Source: Tubulanus polymorphus (taxonomy: Eukaryota; Animalia; Nemertea). From it: 64,000 nt of DNA. The position numbers were made by a program, and so were the translations under genes. Under the pieces are notes generated by a model that saw nothing but the letters and a program-made list of their open reading frames with translations, had not been told where the DNA came from and did not search any database. The stretch is from NCBI RefSeq assembly GCF_964204645.1, contig NC_134025.1:12896001-12960000 (forward strand), given 5' to 3'. Shown piece by piece: positions 1 to 13,319 of this stretch. Position 1 is the first letter of the stretch. Every line of letters begins with the position of its first letter.

Positions 1-1686
1 CAAAACGTCACAGGTTTATGTGTACACATACAAGCTATTCGGCAAACTATTATTGGTAAAGATGTAGAATGGCTCCCTGTGATTATATAATGACCTCTAT
101 TCGAACGTCGAAATGTTATATTGCATTGATTATCATGAGAAGACGTATTGTAATAGTAAAGGATGTATGATTATATCAGGAGCGGCAGGCATAAATAGAA
201 ATGATAAGTAAATCGGATTATTCGGTTAAATGGCGGATGTATACACGATGCGGAAGTCTGATATAAAAGTCAGACTCTGACATGGGGATGCTAGTGGAAT
301 GACGGAGCTATCTACGATCTGAGTAGGGCCGGCGTGAATTATTGGCCCTTACAAGCGGTCTATATAAAAACGTGTAAACATATAATTTCAATATTCAAAT
401 GTTTTAGAAAATATGTTCGATATTAGAGGTATGCAGGTTTCATGAGATAAGCAATTTATAATAGCATAGCTGTCATATACGGCTCCGCATCCACTGATGG
501 CATGTTTATAAGGTGACAATTCAATTCAATGCTTTATTGATCCTTATTACATTGAAATTCCGGGATAAAATTCCAAAATTCAATAAAGTTACAAATTTTA
601 AAATAAGAAAATACAAAATACAAGACACGGGTAATTCATACAGAATAACATGAATAAGTTATTTAAATGACAATGTCTACTTCAACCCAGATTCAAGTCT
701 AGGATATCGAGTGACAGCCAAACCGGGCCCCAGGACCGGGCCAACTGGCTACACGATATGCTCAAATTCATGATGAAGCAGACATCAGAAGAGCTCTTTC
801 TTCAACCATGGAGGCAATGAAGTTGCAGACCAGCTTAGAGGCATAAGTGAATCGAAGTCGGTCACAAGTTGACACTTTTTTTTTAATTAGACCAGTCGAA
901 GACTGTATCATCTACCCAATCACCAAATCTCATAATTCCCCAAATTTCTTAAAACTTCGATTTCAAATTTGCAATTCCACATTAGCTTATCCCAGAAATT
1001 CTACATTTTTTCGCAGGCATCAAATAATTTATTAAAGTTAATTTTCTTGTTAAATTTCTGCCCACAGTCATTAAGTCCATCCTAACAATTCCACATTCAA
1101 ATGCTGAATCAGAAAGATTATTCAGCATGGTTCGTAAAAATAAAGTAGACGTTAGAAAGTCAATGAATGTTTCAACTTTGCAGTCTATCTTACAAGTAAA
1201 GGTAAACATGGATGGCCACTTTTACGAAAGAGAGTTCGATGGAAAAATGATTAAGAAAGCCAGGTCATGTTCGTATGAGAAAAAGAAAGCCACTTAATTT
1301 GCTATATTACTCAACCATTACTATCAAGTGTGACAACTGACAAAAAAGTTGCAACTTGTTTATTTCTGTTATGAATTTCTTAAGATTAAAGAGTTCACAG
1401 GCTACTTTTGATTTTACTTAGCTTGGGCACTTGGTATTAACCATACTGTGCTTGTTGAAGTATATATATATAGTTAATTCTTTTTTAAACATTTTAGTTC
1501 GAGTTAATTATATATTGTTTTAAGGCAAAACGATAATCTTGACAAAGAATAAAAACGTCTTATTTTCTTGTTAAAAACATGTATCTTTTTATGTCTTTTA
1601 TTTATTTGTGATTCCTGAAAACCGGTCCATTTTCCTGAAAATCATACTTTTATTCCTGAAAATGATTTTCAAAGGTTGGAGGGTCT

Positions 1687-2147
1687 GGGACCGTTCATTA
1701 AGTACGCACGCAAGTCCTAGGTAGGACCTCAATGGCAAAAGCGTACGATCCGCATACAAAGCTAGGTAGCTATTAACACAAAGCGTACTTACTTAAAAAA
1801 TCAAAGTGCTCTAATTGTTGTAGTAGCCTGGCTGCTCATCTGTAGGTATTAGTTCAGCCATGAGTCTGGAACAATATGGTGAATCCATTACACTTTTTAA
1901 AAGGCAGCATCCTAGTAAATCCCTTCAAGAGGAACAAGCTTTATGGTGTGATAGTTAAAGTCTCAAATAATAGAATTTATTTGTACTATAATAAAACAGA
2001 CCAGTAACAAGTGTTTTTTATGTTTTATACTACATGATCAATCATTGCGTACGTAAGGCAATATAGTACAATGTGCGTACATAAGGTAGGACCTTGAAAT
2101 AAGAAATAAGGTCCTATTTTTTGCGTACGTACTTAATGAACGGTCCC
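1687..2147. mobile_element. MITE with ~27-bp TIRs (PIF/Harbinger-like termini)
   Basis: GGGACCGTTCATTAAGTACGCACGCAA at 1687 and its near-perfect reverse complement ending at 2147; no clean TSD. Confidence 0.75.
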
Positions 2148-4770
2148 GTTCTACCCTGGTCCGGGTAAGAGGGACGACGAGAAGGTCCACGACACCGACA
2201 GTCCTTCCCCCGTTGGCGCTAATACAAGGAAGTAGAGAAATGGAGCAAAATCTCCACACGTCTTACCCTCACGAGAGCTGTAGATAAGAATGACTTGTCC
2301 CCCAGGACAAACATTCAAAAACGTTTATGAGAGCACTGGGAGACGAGCGCATCAACCGGCTTGGCAACGAGCACCTCAACCCGCTCGGAGCCAAAAAATA
2401 GGTATTGGGTTCGGGGACTTCCTTCGCGAGCGACACCTCACGGGGGAAGCCTGCAAAAATAATGATGGCCGCGAACGCGAAATAATTATATGAAATACAA
2501 GATACGAAGACACACGACTATGTACAGTACATAGCATATCAAACGGTAAAAAGGTCGACCAACTCTAAACGAGGGCGGGACCGGAGTTGGACTCTGTAAC
2601 AGAAAGGAAACCCGCGGTTCTGCTACATAATCCACATGATGTTGTTGATGGTTGTTGTTGTTGCGATGCATTTCCAATGCTCTACATTCCTCATCACACA
2701 AACTACAGTTGAATCCCGTTCACGAAAATCCTAGAATAAGGACAGTATCTTAAATCCCTGACGATGTCATAGGCCGTAATACGAAAACCCGTCTACAACG
2801 ATGTGATTTTGGTATCAAATTTTGTAATGAATAAACGCGTTTTACTTTTTGTAAATTAAGAAAATATGTTAACCAACCTTTGAATTTTCATTCCTGGCTT
2901 AACCACAAAATTTTAACCACAACCTTTTTCGCTTTGACCATTGTAAGTTATAGGAAAGTGGATGTATATGTTGTTGTTTACTTATTAAAGCTACGAGAAT
3001 GGAAGAAAAAGAGCAGTCAATAAATAGGCTTCAACACCGGTGAAAGGCCATTTCTACTTAATAAACAGAACTAGAATCAGTCAAGCGCTTCAAAAGTTAT
3101 GAAGGAATTCGTTGGCTGAAAATCACACTTCTCAGCCATGGAGTCCCCATTAGGAAATGAACTACAGTTCATAAGGTCAAATGGTGACCAAATGTCACCC
3201 GATTTTGATCAGACTCCCGGAAAATATAAAATGATGGTTTCTCTATCGATTGAAAATATTTTATGAATTGTTGACAATTTCAATTAAAGGTTATTAGCAT
3301 AGTTTGTGTTTGCAGGGGGCAATCTTACCACGGCAAGTGGTCATGACACTGTCTTTGGATGGTTAGAAAATGTTGATCTGTCTTTCATCTGTTGTAGTCC
3401 CTTTTAGAAGAAGTCTGAAAATGGCCTTATTTGTTTTCTTAAATATTTGTGCACTCAATTTTAAGAATTTCAGGGGTGATTCGTTGTATATGACATGATA
3501 ATCGTATATAAGTCAGTAGCGCTGTAGGTCTGTGAATACGGTGAAAAATTACTATTTCATCGATTATACATGCATATACGTGCTTTCGTTGATTGCCATA
3601 GATAACATCATAAATAGCACCATCGTTGAATGTTAACTATATGCACGTAATGAAGGATAAATGAATGACTAATTTACGGCTAAGTAGAGATACTTTTTCC
3701 GATCAGACAGATCTCAGGTCGTTTAATATATATTAAAGTTTCTAAAAAAATGTTATAAAGATGTATAATCTACCTATATTACCAGTTTTCAGAAAGGACA
3801 ATATCACAAAACTGACTGTTAATAAACAAGAACATGTTGCTGGGTCAATACGGCTATTCAACAAAGCATTCTTGTAGTATGCTACAATGGTACCATACTT
3901 CAAAGAACTTCAGGGCACCAGAAAAGATTTTACCTTTAGGCTAAACAAAAATGATACCTTGAGGTCATTTTTGTAAAAATTTGTAAACAGTTCATTTCTA
4001 TAGCGTCTGTAATAATAAAATTGACCAGATTTTAAAAAATGCAGTGTAGTATAGGGATAGGCGGCTGGTCAGGTCAACTTTTAAGCTCAGCAGTGCGGAG
4101 AAACAAGCTATTAAATTTTTTTAGCCTTAAATATCTTTCATATTTTAAGACAACATTCTAGGGTTGAAATCAATTGTTAGATCAGAGTAATAAGTTTTTT
4201 CAACGGTCTTCCACTATATAAGTAAGTAAGCTTAATCACAAACAATTGTTGTATATTGCACATGAATAATATAGTCTCTCATTGCGACGATAGAGTGTAC
4301 AGGTAATTCAAATCATTTCTCCTTTCGAAACATATTAACAATGAAATTTTGATTCTTTCCATTGAAGGTTTTTTGAGCCACCTTTTGGTGAACCACTGAA
4401 TCTTCGAACATAGTAAACAATTTAATCAATTACTTGACAAGATTCAAATACAAGTTTTGCTGATTTATATGTTACATTTGCTCCTTGATCGCCCAACTAT
4501 TTCCTTAACTTATATTTCAACCAGGTTATCGTTGAGATCTTCTTTCCTAATCCCCCTCGGAGATTAACTACTAGTCCTATGTTCCATTTATATTTGAAAG
4601 CTTGTTTCGGTGTTGATAGGACAAGTACATATGCCAAAGCCATAAGCTGTATTTGATATGACCGCATGGAAGTGCATTAAGCTTCCAAAAGAAAGATCAC
4701 CACCACAATATTTCAAACTGTCATTCGTGTCACAGAAAAGTAGACCTAGCTGTATAAACGCACTACTTAA

Positions 4771-5198
4771 CCCATTAGCACTCAGGAATTTTACTATGTA
4801 GTGTCAATTACTCCTCAGAAAATCCAAGTTCATCACGATACCGAATAGCTCTTTGCTGTTTATTGTCATGCACTACAAGTTATTGTTATTTTTTAGTAAA
4901 TAGTCAAGGCTTTCATATAATATACAATTTGATGAGGTGGGCCACCAAAATCATGTCCTTCTGGCCCCCCAAAATTCATCCAAACTTACTTGGATTTGAA
5001 GAAAGCACTCAGGTATGTCATGTTCATACTGGAAATACTTGAGAAATTGAAATAGGAGGATGTTGATTTCTGTTTGGTGTTTCGAGGACTTAGGTGTTTA
5101 GTTTATCATAAGCTATTGGAATCGAATCCCACTACAACCGTTTCTGTGCAGAATACAAAAAGTGCCGGGCGGATTTGTGTGGCTTTAGTGCTTATGGG
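4771..5198. mobile_element. piggyBac-like non-autonomous element
   Basis: TTAA|CCCATTAGCACT ... AGTGCTTATGGG|TTAA (12-bp TIR, 1 mismatch, TTAA TSD). Confidence 0.7.
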
Positions 5199-6104
5199 TT
5201 AATGTTGGCCTACAGTCCACAGGTTTCTCTGATTCGGAATATTCATCGGGTCAATCCCTGATACATAAAACAACTCCCAAAATATGGAAGAGATATTTAG
5301 AATCATCTAGGCCTACTTACTAAAAATTTTGGAAAACTAAGTCACAGGAAATGTGATTCACTAATTTGCATTTGTGATAAAATGATGTCTTGGTTATGCA
5401 ACATTATGTAATACATAATATACAGGAGATTGGCTGGAATGAATTTTCATTGTCTTGAGCATGAGCTACAATCCAGTGTGGCGGTGGTTTGCATCTATGT
5501 GGTTTTGAGCAATGGTTCATCAACATTCAATTGAAAATAATCAACAGCTGCAGCCAAGGTATTCACATCTAGGGCATACATCAAGAATGAGAAATGTGCT
5601 CTAAAACTTTTAAGAAAATATTTCACATCTTACAATTTACTCATCGAAATGAATCCATCAATATTTTCAGGCCAGTGTCATCACACCTACTGGTCCAGTT
5701 TCTCAACTGGCTAAGGTATCCTCAGCTGCCTCCATGGTCATTCCTGTAAAGCTGAAAGAGAGTAAACGTATGGAATTCAGAGTTGGCCCATAATAACTGA
5801 ATAGCTAAATAAAGTGGATAGAAGAAATCAATGAGTAATGAACAGAAGTATACACAAATGCATGTAGTGGTATACATTGTAAAATCAGTTTTCATGCACT
5901 AAATGTTTGAACAGGAATTGTTATTACAGCTAACCAGTGGTAGGGTTGATTTTAACAGAGTGAAAATATAGGAATCCAGGTAATTATGCCAGAGGTAAAA
6001 AGGTAGCCACTTAAAGATACTATCAATACTCAGATTTCAGCTCGCTCTGATTTATGTATGAATGAATGATAGATTCAGGCAGCAAAATCGCATAAGGTAT
6101 CCAA

Positions 6105-7353
6105 ACTAGGGGTCCAGGGACACCATGCCCACTTGGGAAGTGGTTTCCAATGCTCAACAATCTAACAATTTCAACGTTCAACGCCAACTGGTGACCATAT
6201 ACAAAAACCAATGACCTTGAACCTCACCACAATCATAGAACATGTCAGCAGCTATGATTTTGTAATTGATTGTGATAACAAAATATGTCTCATTACCAAT
6301 TTAATATGGAAATACTAAGTATTCTACTATTCAACGCCCCCTGGTGACCATATTCAAAACCCAATGACCTTAAAACTCACCATAATCATAGAACATGTCA
6401 TAAACTACAACTTTGCAATTGATCATGATAACAAAATATGTCTCGTTACCAATTTAATATGGAAATACTAAGTATTCTACTATTCAACGCCCCCTGGTGA
6501 CCATATTCAAAACCCAATGACCTTAAAACTCACCATAATCATAGAACATGTCATAAACTACAACTTTGCAATTGATCATGGTAACAAAATATGCCTAGGT
6601 ACCAATCTAATAAGGAGATACTAAGTTATTCTACTATTCAACGCCCCCTGGTGACCATATAGAATAACTAATGTCCTTAAAACTCACCACAATCATAGAT
6701 GATGTCATGAGCAACAACTTTGCAATTAATTATGGTAACAAAATATGCTTAGGTATCAATATAATGTGGAAAAACTTTTTCCCACCTTCCAATGAGTACT
6801 GATACCAAGATGGCCGCCAATTGCGTCACAAATGGCCGATCAAAAATACCTGGCTCAGGTATAAAACAACCCTTTCCAAGGAATACCCATCAAAAATTGC
6901 AATGAGAAATGGCAAACCAGTAGGAAGCTACAGGACTCAGAATTTGGGCCAAAATTTTTGGGCACTAAAAAGGTCATAGGACGGCCATCTTGCGTCCGAT
7001 CGACCCAATTTTTCTTATGGTGATGGGCCCTGGGGGGATTCAAATATATATGAAAGATCAAGGTAATTGATTTAAGCGTCTTCAAAATTTCCCTCAAAAA
7101 GTTCAAAAATGTGTAAAAAGTGCTGATTTTGACGAACAATGGCTGCCAGTCGGCCATCTTGAATCTGAGAGGGCCAGTTTTTGGGCTGAAGATGTGTCTA
7201 GGGTAGACACATGTATAAACCAAATATCAAGACATTACCTTGAAGCGTCTTCAAAACTTCCCAAAATAACTGGATTCCGTCTACGGACGGACGAACGCTA
7301 CGACGGACGAAAAGTGAACGCAATAGCCCGCTGGGACTAGTCCCAAGTGGGCT
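6105..7353 (+). mobile_element. Non-autonomous Helentron/HINE-like element, copy 1, with internal ~125-bp tandem repeats
   Basis: Second copy at 26847-28250 in the opposite orientation; internal repeats ~6165-6770; GACG-type microsatellite ~7285-7310; terminal hairpin AGCCCGCTGGGACTAGTCCCAAGTGGGCT; A/T-run flanks and no TSD. Confidence 0.75.
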
Positions 7354-7399
7354 AAAAAATAGACTGGTTTAGAGCAGATAGACTCACATTGAATATCCC

Positions 7400-7900
7400 A
7401 AAAACAGCAAGCCTTTTGATTAAACCAAAACAATCTAATCTTAAATACCCAGTCTTATCCTTTGAAAATAATCCAATGGAGTTTTTCAAATCACAAGTTC
7501 TTGGGTGCAATTGTAGATGAAAAACTAACATTTGAACACCACACCACATCAAATCGATTTGCTCAAAACTCAACAAGAATATATATCTTTTGAAGTGTGT
7601 CCGAAATTTATTACCAAGTTGGTCTAAACGCTTACTCTATTATAGCTACATAGATTCACACCTAAACTATTGACTTTCTCTTTGGGGGCCCATGATTTCT
7701 AAACAACAAATCAATACGATAACAAAATTACCAAAAAAAAAGCTGTTCGGGTTAGGCCTATAACCAACTCAAAATACAACGTCCCAACCTCATCCCTTTT
7801 AAAAAACTTGAGAATCTTGAAATTTGATGACATGATAAGACTGGAACTTATCAAACTTGTATATTCCTTTATTCATAATATACTCCCAATGACAATAAGT
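7400..7900 (+). mobile_element. Degenerate non-LTR retrotransposon (CR1/L2 group) ORF2 fragment
   Basis: Translation HKFLGAIVDEKLTFEH / HIKSICSKLNKNIYLLKCVRNLLPSWSKRLLYYSYIDSHLNY*LSLWG, the typical RT thumb/C-terminal region, with a frameshift and a stop. Confidence 0.8.
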
Positions 7901-8394
7901 AACCATGAGTTCAACCCCATAAATCATCAACCATGAATAGATCATTTCTTTGTAAAGGACCCACAATATGGCAGAATACACCCTCATTCATTCAATCCGC
8001 ATGTTATCTTGATATTCTTAGAACAAGATATAGGCCTAACAAGAGCCCCAAGGGGCACTATGGCCAGCCAGCCTGTCAGCTTTTCATAAAATGGCAAATG
8101 ATGCATTCTGTGGGTTAAATTTGTATGAAAGTACAGAGCACAACAGCAATTTTTACTAGCCTACTTGCCTATTGCCAACATACCTTATAAGCTCTTTTTT
8201 CTGTGTAGAGTTCAATGCCTCAATTTCTCGTTTTTTCTTTAAAATACAATTACTCGATACACTCAGCCCCATATGATTACACATTGTAATAGCCTAGAAA
8301 TAAATTTCAATCGTGTAGTCTACATCCAAATAATATCACCATTTTGTCAAAAATAACACTGAAATATAAATGAATGTAGAAATTTAATTGAATA

Positions 8395-8916
8395 CAGTCA
8401 ACTTGCTTTAATTTTCTTGGGATGGTGGTTTTTTCTATGAATTAGACATTATACGTAATTTGAATTTTCTATAAATTATGTATAATTCATAGAATTAATG
8501 ATTTATCTAAATAGATAAACGTATAAATTTGTATAAACTACAAATAAAAACCTGGTAAAAATTATTTCCACTGGCGTTGAAACAAATACTGCATGCCACG
8601 GCCATTCATTGTTTAAGATGTAACTGGCGGGAAGATACGTCGCGTGGCCGCGGCACGCTCAGTGGCAATGACTGATGAGTAGTTGATAAGCTTACCAATC
8701 AAGCAGGCAGAATTACGGGATACAAATTACACGTCGCATTTTCAATTGTTTTTAAGAAAAGGGACCGTGGATATAGCTACGATTTAAGAATTACAAAGTA
8801 CGAATTATCCGATGGAAATTAAAGGGTGTAACGAAGGGAAAATCAGTAGATTTCATTTTTATACGAATAAGGTAGTTATACGAATTAACTGACGACTAAT
8901 TAAGCGAGGTTGACTG
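8395..8916. mobile_element. Tc1/pogo-like MITE
   Basis: TA|CAGTCAACTTGCTT ... AAGCGAGGTTGACTG|TA imperfect TIR with TA TSD. Confidence 0.7.
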
Positions 8917-9934
8917 TATAATCAATTTTCAACAACATTGAAACACTAAATACCAGTAAACGCCTTTACCTTATCTGACGTACCACCATTATGAAGAGCT
9001 AAGCCAACAAAACGCTGCATGGCTGACAACTTCCGATTGCGACTGAACAGCATAATTGAGCCAGCCATTGCCATTTCCTTCTCCTTCTGGTAAGAAGTTG
9101 TGTTCCCATAGACTACGGTTCGTAAAATGTTAACAAATAGCTTCGCCCTTTCTTCCCATTCATTTATGATAATATCTGGTTTGAAGTCCAGTAGATTAGT
9201 CACATCAGGTGATTGTAAAACCGATGGTGGATCCATCGCACAAAGTGAAATTATATCCTGGTTCAAATGACGTAACATTAATTCGAATATCTCTGACTTG
9301 TACATATTTACGATGGAAGCAACCAGCACATGCCTTGGCTTTCTGGCAACTAAGTTCATCAAAAATGTCTTCAGCTCTTTTTCGACAGGCACGAAACGTC
9401 TGGTCTGTGATGGATATGCAACCGTTACTGTGACCTATAATTGCATAACAAAAGAAAATGATTTTCATTTTAAGGAACGATTTTCATTTTAAGGACTGGT
9501 TGTACAAACTTACTTAGGCACTTCCAATGAATCCAATCCTAGACTAAGCTCATGCCTTCAGGGGTGGACCCAGGGCACACTTTGACAGGAGGGCTCAACT
9601 CGTTTTCTGGTTAAGTAGTTCAGTTGGCGAATAACAGTTTAGATTAATACGCCAAGGGCATTGTCGAAGAAATTTCCTTTGACAATCCGGCAATCAGAAA
9701 CATTATCGAGGATATTTCTTTCGACGATCCGACAATCGGAAGTATTGTCGAAGAAATATCCTTCGAATATCCGACACCAAGCAATGAAACCAGGGGCCGT
9801 GTGTGTGCGTGGAATACCCTTATATTCTCAGCCATTTTATTTGGTGGTATTACGGATGGCGGTATAATGAGCTTTGACCATATTTTTTTAAAACTCCCCC
9901 AATTGGCCAATCGATTATCATCATGAACTGGCTT

Positions 9935-10590
9935 ACCTGACTCGGAGTCATAGAAGTTTCCCATGTATCTCGCAAAGTCGTCCCTAATCAAGTCAAATGA
10001 TGCTTGAGCATCTCGGGATTATATAAATATGGTAAGCCCACCGCCGTCTTTGTACTTTGTATACAAATCTCTAATAAATCTGTTGAAATCTTGAACTTTT
10101 GCTTCTTTTAGGGATGCGACTTTTATTCGAGCCTCTTCTGATAAAGGTATCTTGGGATTTGACACCAGAAATAGTAATCGGTCGATAAATCTGTCCCCAT
10201 AAATCTGTTGCCAGCATAAGCATAGCATTTAAAAGCGGTTCAGGTTGCATCATCACAGCCATGCTCGAACTCGCTCAAACTCATTAAAAATCCTCTTTCC
10301 CAAGTTCCGAGGGATACAGAATCACCTTTTCCGCCCCAGGTGATATTCAAAAATGCTCTCTCTGTTTCACCAGTTTTCTGTTTACTTTGAATGTCACCTA
10401 TTATCTTAGAACCCTCGTCTTCACTAGTGAGTCCGTAACCTCTAGCCATCTTCTGGTGCACTTGAATGCTGGCTACTGTGGTATACGCTTCTATAATTAG
10501 AGGTGCATTTGCGATCTTCCTAAATTCTTCTGATGCCGGCAAGAGAACTTTGGCATAGACTCTTGATTTCCCTCATCCCGTCTCGCACAC
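9935..10590 (-). pseudogene. Frameshifted DUF3987/YfjI-like AAA+ ATPase fragment
   Basis: Joining ORF pieces 10542-10240, 10262-10071, 10228-10019 and 9991-9644 gives a Walker A-like CETG*GKS, acidic TSEDEG, AVMMQP and DRFIDRLLF in the order expected for this family; it contains stops and frameshifts. Confidence 0.55.
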
Positions 10591-11497
10591 ACTAAACAAA
10601 CAATTATTCAAAGGAACTTCGTATTCGTTGTTGTCAGCCGCCATCCTAACTTTAGGCCCAGCTGATTGTCGAAGGAAATTTCATGGGACAAAAAATGCAT
10701 TACGCAGTTTGTCCCTACGACCTTGGCACTTTTCAACCAGAATATGGAGTTGAACCAACAGGAGCACGAAGAAATGAAAAGGGCGTATTTTTTAAGCGCA
10801 CCTATTTCCCATCTCACTATAAATTGTGCCTTTTTTAAAAACTTTTCAATACTTCTGTATTGTCGTAATTCTATTGTGAACATTGTAAAGCGCGGTGATT
10901 AATTCATAGCACTGCGTTATGAAATAAAATAAATTACTGTTATTATTATCATTATCATTATCATATTGAAAAAGGGGCCACAAAGAAATGAAAAGGGTAT
11001 ACCGGTATATACCGAAAAAGGGCAATTCCCCAACACCAAAATAAGAAACTGGAAAATTCTTTCGAAATTTCAGTGCATTTTCTTACAATTTCCAGGCAAT
11101 TGAGGGACATTAGAGAAATCTTGTGCAGCTGCTATCTTATCAGTTGCAGGTGGAAAAGTTCATTGAAAAACATTGCCATTGTGTAACCAGTTATTACTAT
11201 AGATCTGTTATTTCTTATCACTACAATATGTTTGCACACTATGAGGCTGGCTTTACTGTAGAAATATGAAATCTATGAATCACACAGTCAGTGTGCCTCG
11301 GGCAGGTCTGTAACCGCAGCTTGCAATGCAGTTCCGGTGAACTCTCCATCGCTTAAAGGAAATTCTTGCAGGGCCCAGTGATCAATTATTCTTATTTGAC
11401 ACTTTCTGAGAAAATTCAACTCTACGTGGGCTGTGCGGGGTTAACTTGAGTGATCAGCCGTGAATTGAAATTATCTAATAGTTTCATTTAATTCAGA

Positions 11498-11543
11498 CTG
11501 TGTGTGCGTGTGTGTGCGTGTGTGTGTGTGTGTGCGTGTGTGT
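11498..11543. repeat. (TG)n/(TGCG) microsatellite
   Basis: Directly visible. Confidence 0.9.
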
Positions 11544-13319
11544 CTTTTTCTTATTAATAATAAACTGTATAATATTCTCACTCCCTGTTGTGCGGACATA
11601 CTACAGAAATATATAGCACACAAGCACGTCCGACAGCGAGGAAAACCAATGACAAACTGATTTCTTCCGCCTGTCCGCAGCGCCACGTAGTGAGAATAGT
11701 ATAGTATTTTATTCCAGAGTTTGTGTTTTGTATTTTGTTGTCGATATCGGGGATTGAGGAAATTTGATTTGGAGGACCCTACCTGGTCAATAACATCTCG
11801 CAAGTGTGGGTTACAATTGTATCTTCAAAAGGGCACAGGAAAATTGCAACGGGAGCACGTGCTCCTTGTGTTCCCATCTGGATTCACCCCTGGCTTTGTA
11901 GCAGGCCTAACATGTTAACAAGAAAATACGACCATTCCAGGACCAGTAATCATACCTTAGTATTTTTCTCAGCGTAATCCTTTTCATTTAACGCTAGCTT
12001 CTTCTTGGCTATAGATGGAGAGCCACTCTATAAAAGTAAATTTGCATTTAGAATGGACAACCGTTAATCTTTATGAAGGAGATGGCATTATTCTCAACAA
12101 TTAATAATTGCTACCACAATGGGATAAAGATAGCCTACTAAAATTAACCATATATATTTTGTGCCAAGGCCCGTGCCGAGTGGGGCTTCGGAGGTAACAA
12201 ACGAATCCCCTAAAATTTTGAAGTGCCCTTCTGTCAGTGTAAAAAAAATTGAGTCAAGATCTTTCAAATTTAGATACAATTTTCCTGTTTTTTTTAGAAG
12301 ATGAAAAGCAATCGATTCTCAAATGATTTATTCAGGTACACAGGCACTTCATATCTGTCGTTTTTCAATTGGAAAGTTCCCCTTTACCAAAGGGGCCATT
12401 TCTTGGAATGAAACTGCCCTCAAAAAAGCTTGGCACCGGCCTGCACCCGAGATTCAAATGCTACCTACCGGCGGCAATCCAAATGTTACGGTTTGTTCAC
12501 ACTTTTTAGATGATCGCTGTCCTGGTGATAGTACCGAAGTCTCTTCAATTTTTGACAGGGATGTGGAAATCTTCCGCACTTTAACACGAGGTACTGGTGT
12601 CTCCCCACTGGGAATACAACGTTTTATCGGTTTGGTGTCCTCAGAGTCAGACTTGTACTCAATCGGCAGATCAAATACATTAGTCTCCACTGATTCAGTC
12701 ATGCCTGGTAAAACCTTCGGCGTCTGTAATAGGCTCACAATATCTCGTTGCACGTTTTTCAGTTTGTTCGCGGCATTTGAAAATTTTCTTAATTTCGATA
12801 CGCATTCACGACACAAGATGTCACTAACTCGTTCTCGGTTATTGGTGTCCAAAAACGACATGTACACCGATAATAACGCCGGTGGGAACGTGACTGAGTT
12901 TATATTCGCACGAGACCGAGAGTCATCAACAGACTTTTTGCACAGATCACAAATCTTTGACATTATTGTGACAGTAACGACACGTAGGCCTAAATTTACC
13001 TATCAGTAATTTAAGAAACGAGGTCCAGCACCTGCACTGGAGATAGGAACGACCACTTCTTAACTGAAAAATAATTCAATTGAGCGCGCGACAACCGGAT
13101 AGGGCCTAGGCCCTATTGGCTATACTGGCTATAGGCCCAACTGGGGAAAACCAGAAAATGAAAATCATATAGGCCTACACATTGAGGAGGTCATCGTAAA
13201 CCAGTGCGTAGTTAAGTTGCCTTTCTCAACATTTTTTGTAAACATTTTGGAACCGTCACGGTCTTATTTTAGAATGACGACGACGCACTGTTGTGTATCA
13301 ATACCGCGTCAATACATAT

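Larger units (their letters stand above)
4340..12963 (-). pseudogene. Spliced DUF6589-like (putative DNA transposon) gene; 5' exons open, 3' part decayed
   Basis: In-phase exons 12963-12469 (CxxC..CxxC zinc-finger-like), 12027-11956, 9434-8970 (..SVLQ..EWEERAKLF..IMLFSRNRKLSAMQRFVGLALHNGG), 8293-8184 (AITMCNHMGLSVS). Frameshifted remnant at ~4730-4340 (HIKYSLWLWHM / STPKQAFKYKWN..VNLRGGLGK / NDNLVE / QGANVTYKSA). Family assignment from recalled motif resemblance only. Confidence 0.65.

Noticed and set aside
2150-2730. GC-rich patch with exon-like splice signals on the minus strand
   Set aside because: All frames contain stops and no family is recognisable.
9644-10590. Endogenous RNA-virus fragment
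   Set aside because: Motif order fits a P-loop ATPase better; no viral hallmark recognised.
12323-13009. 228-aa plus-strand ORF
   Set aside because: Antisense shadow of the minus-strand zinc-finger exon, which has proper splice partners.
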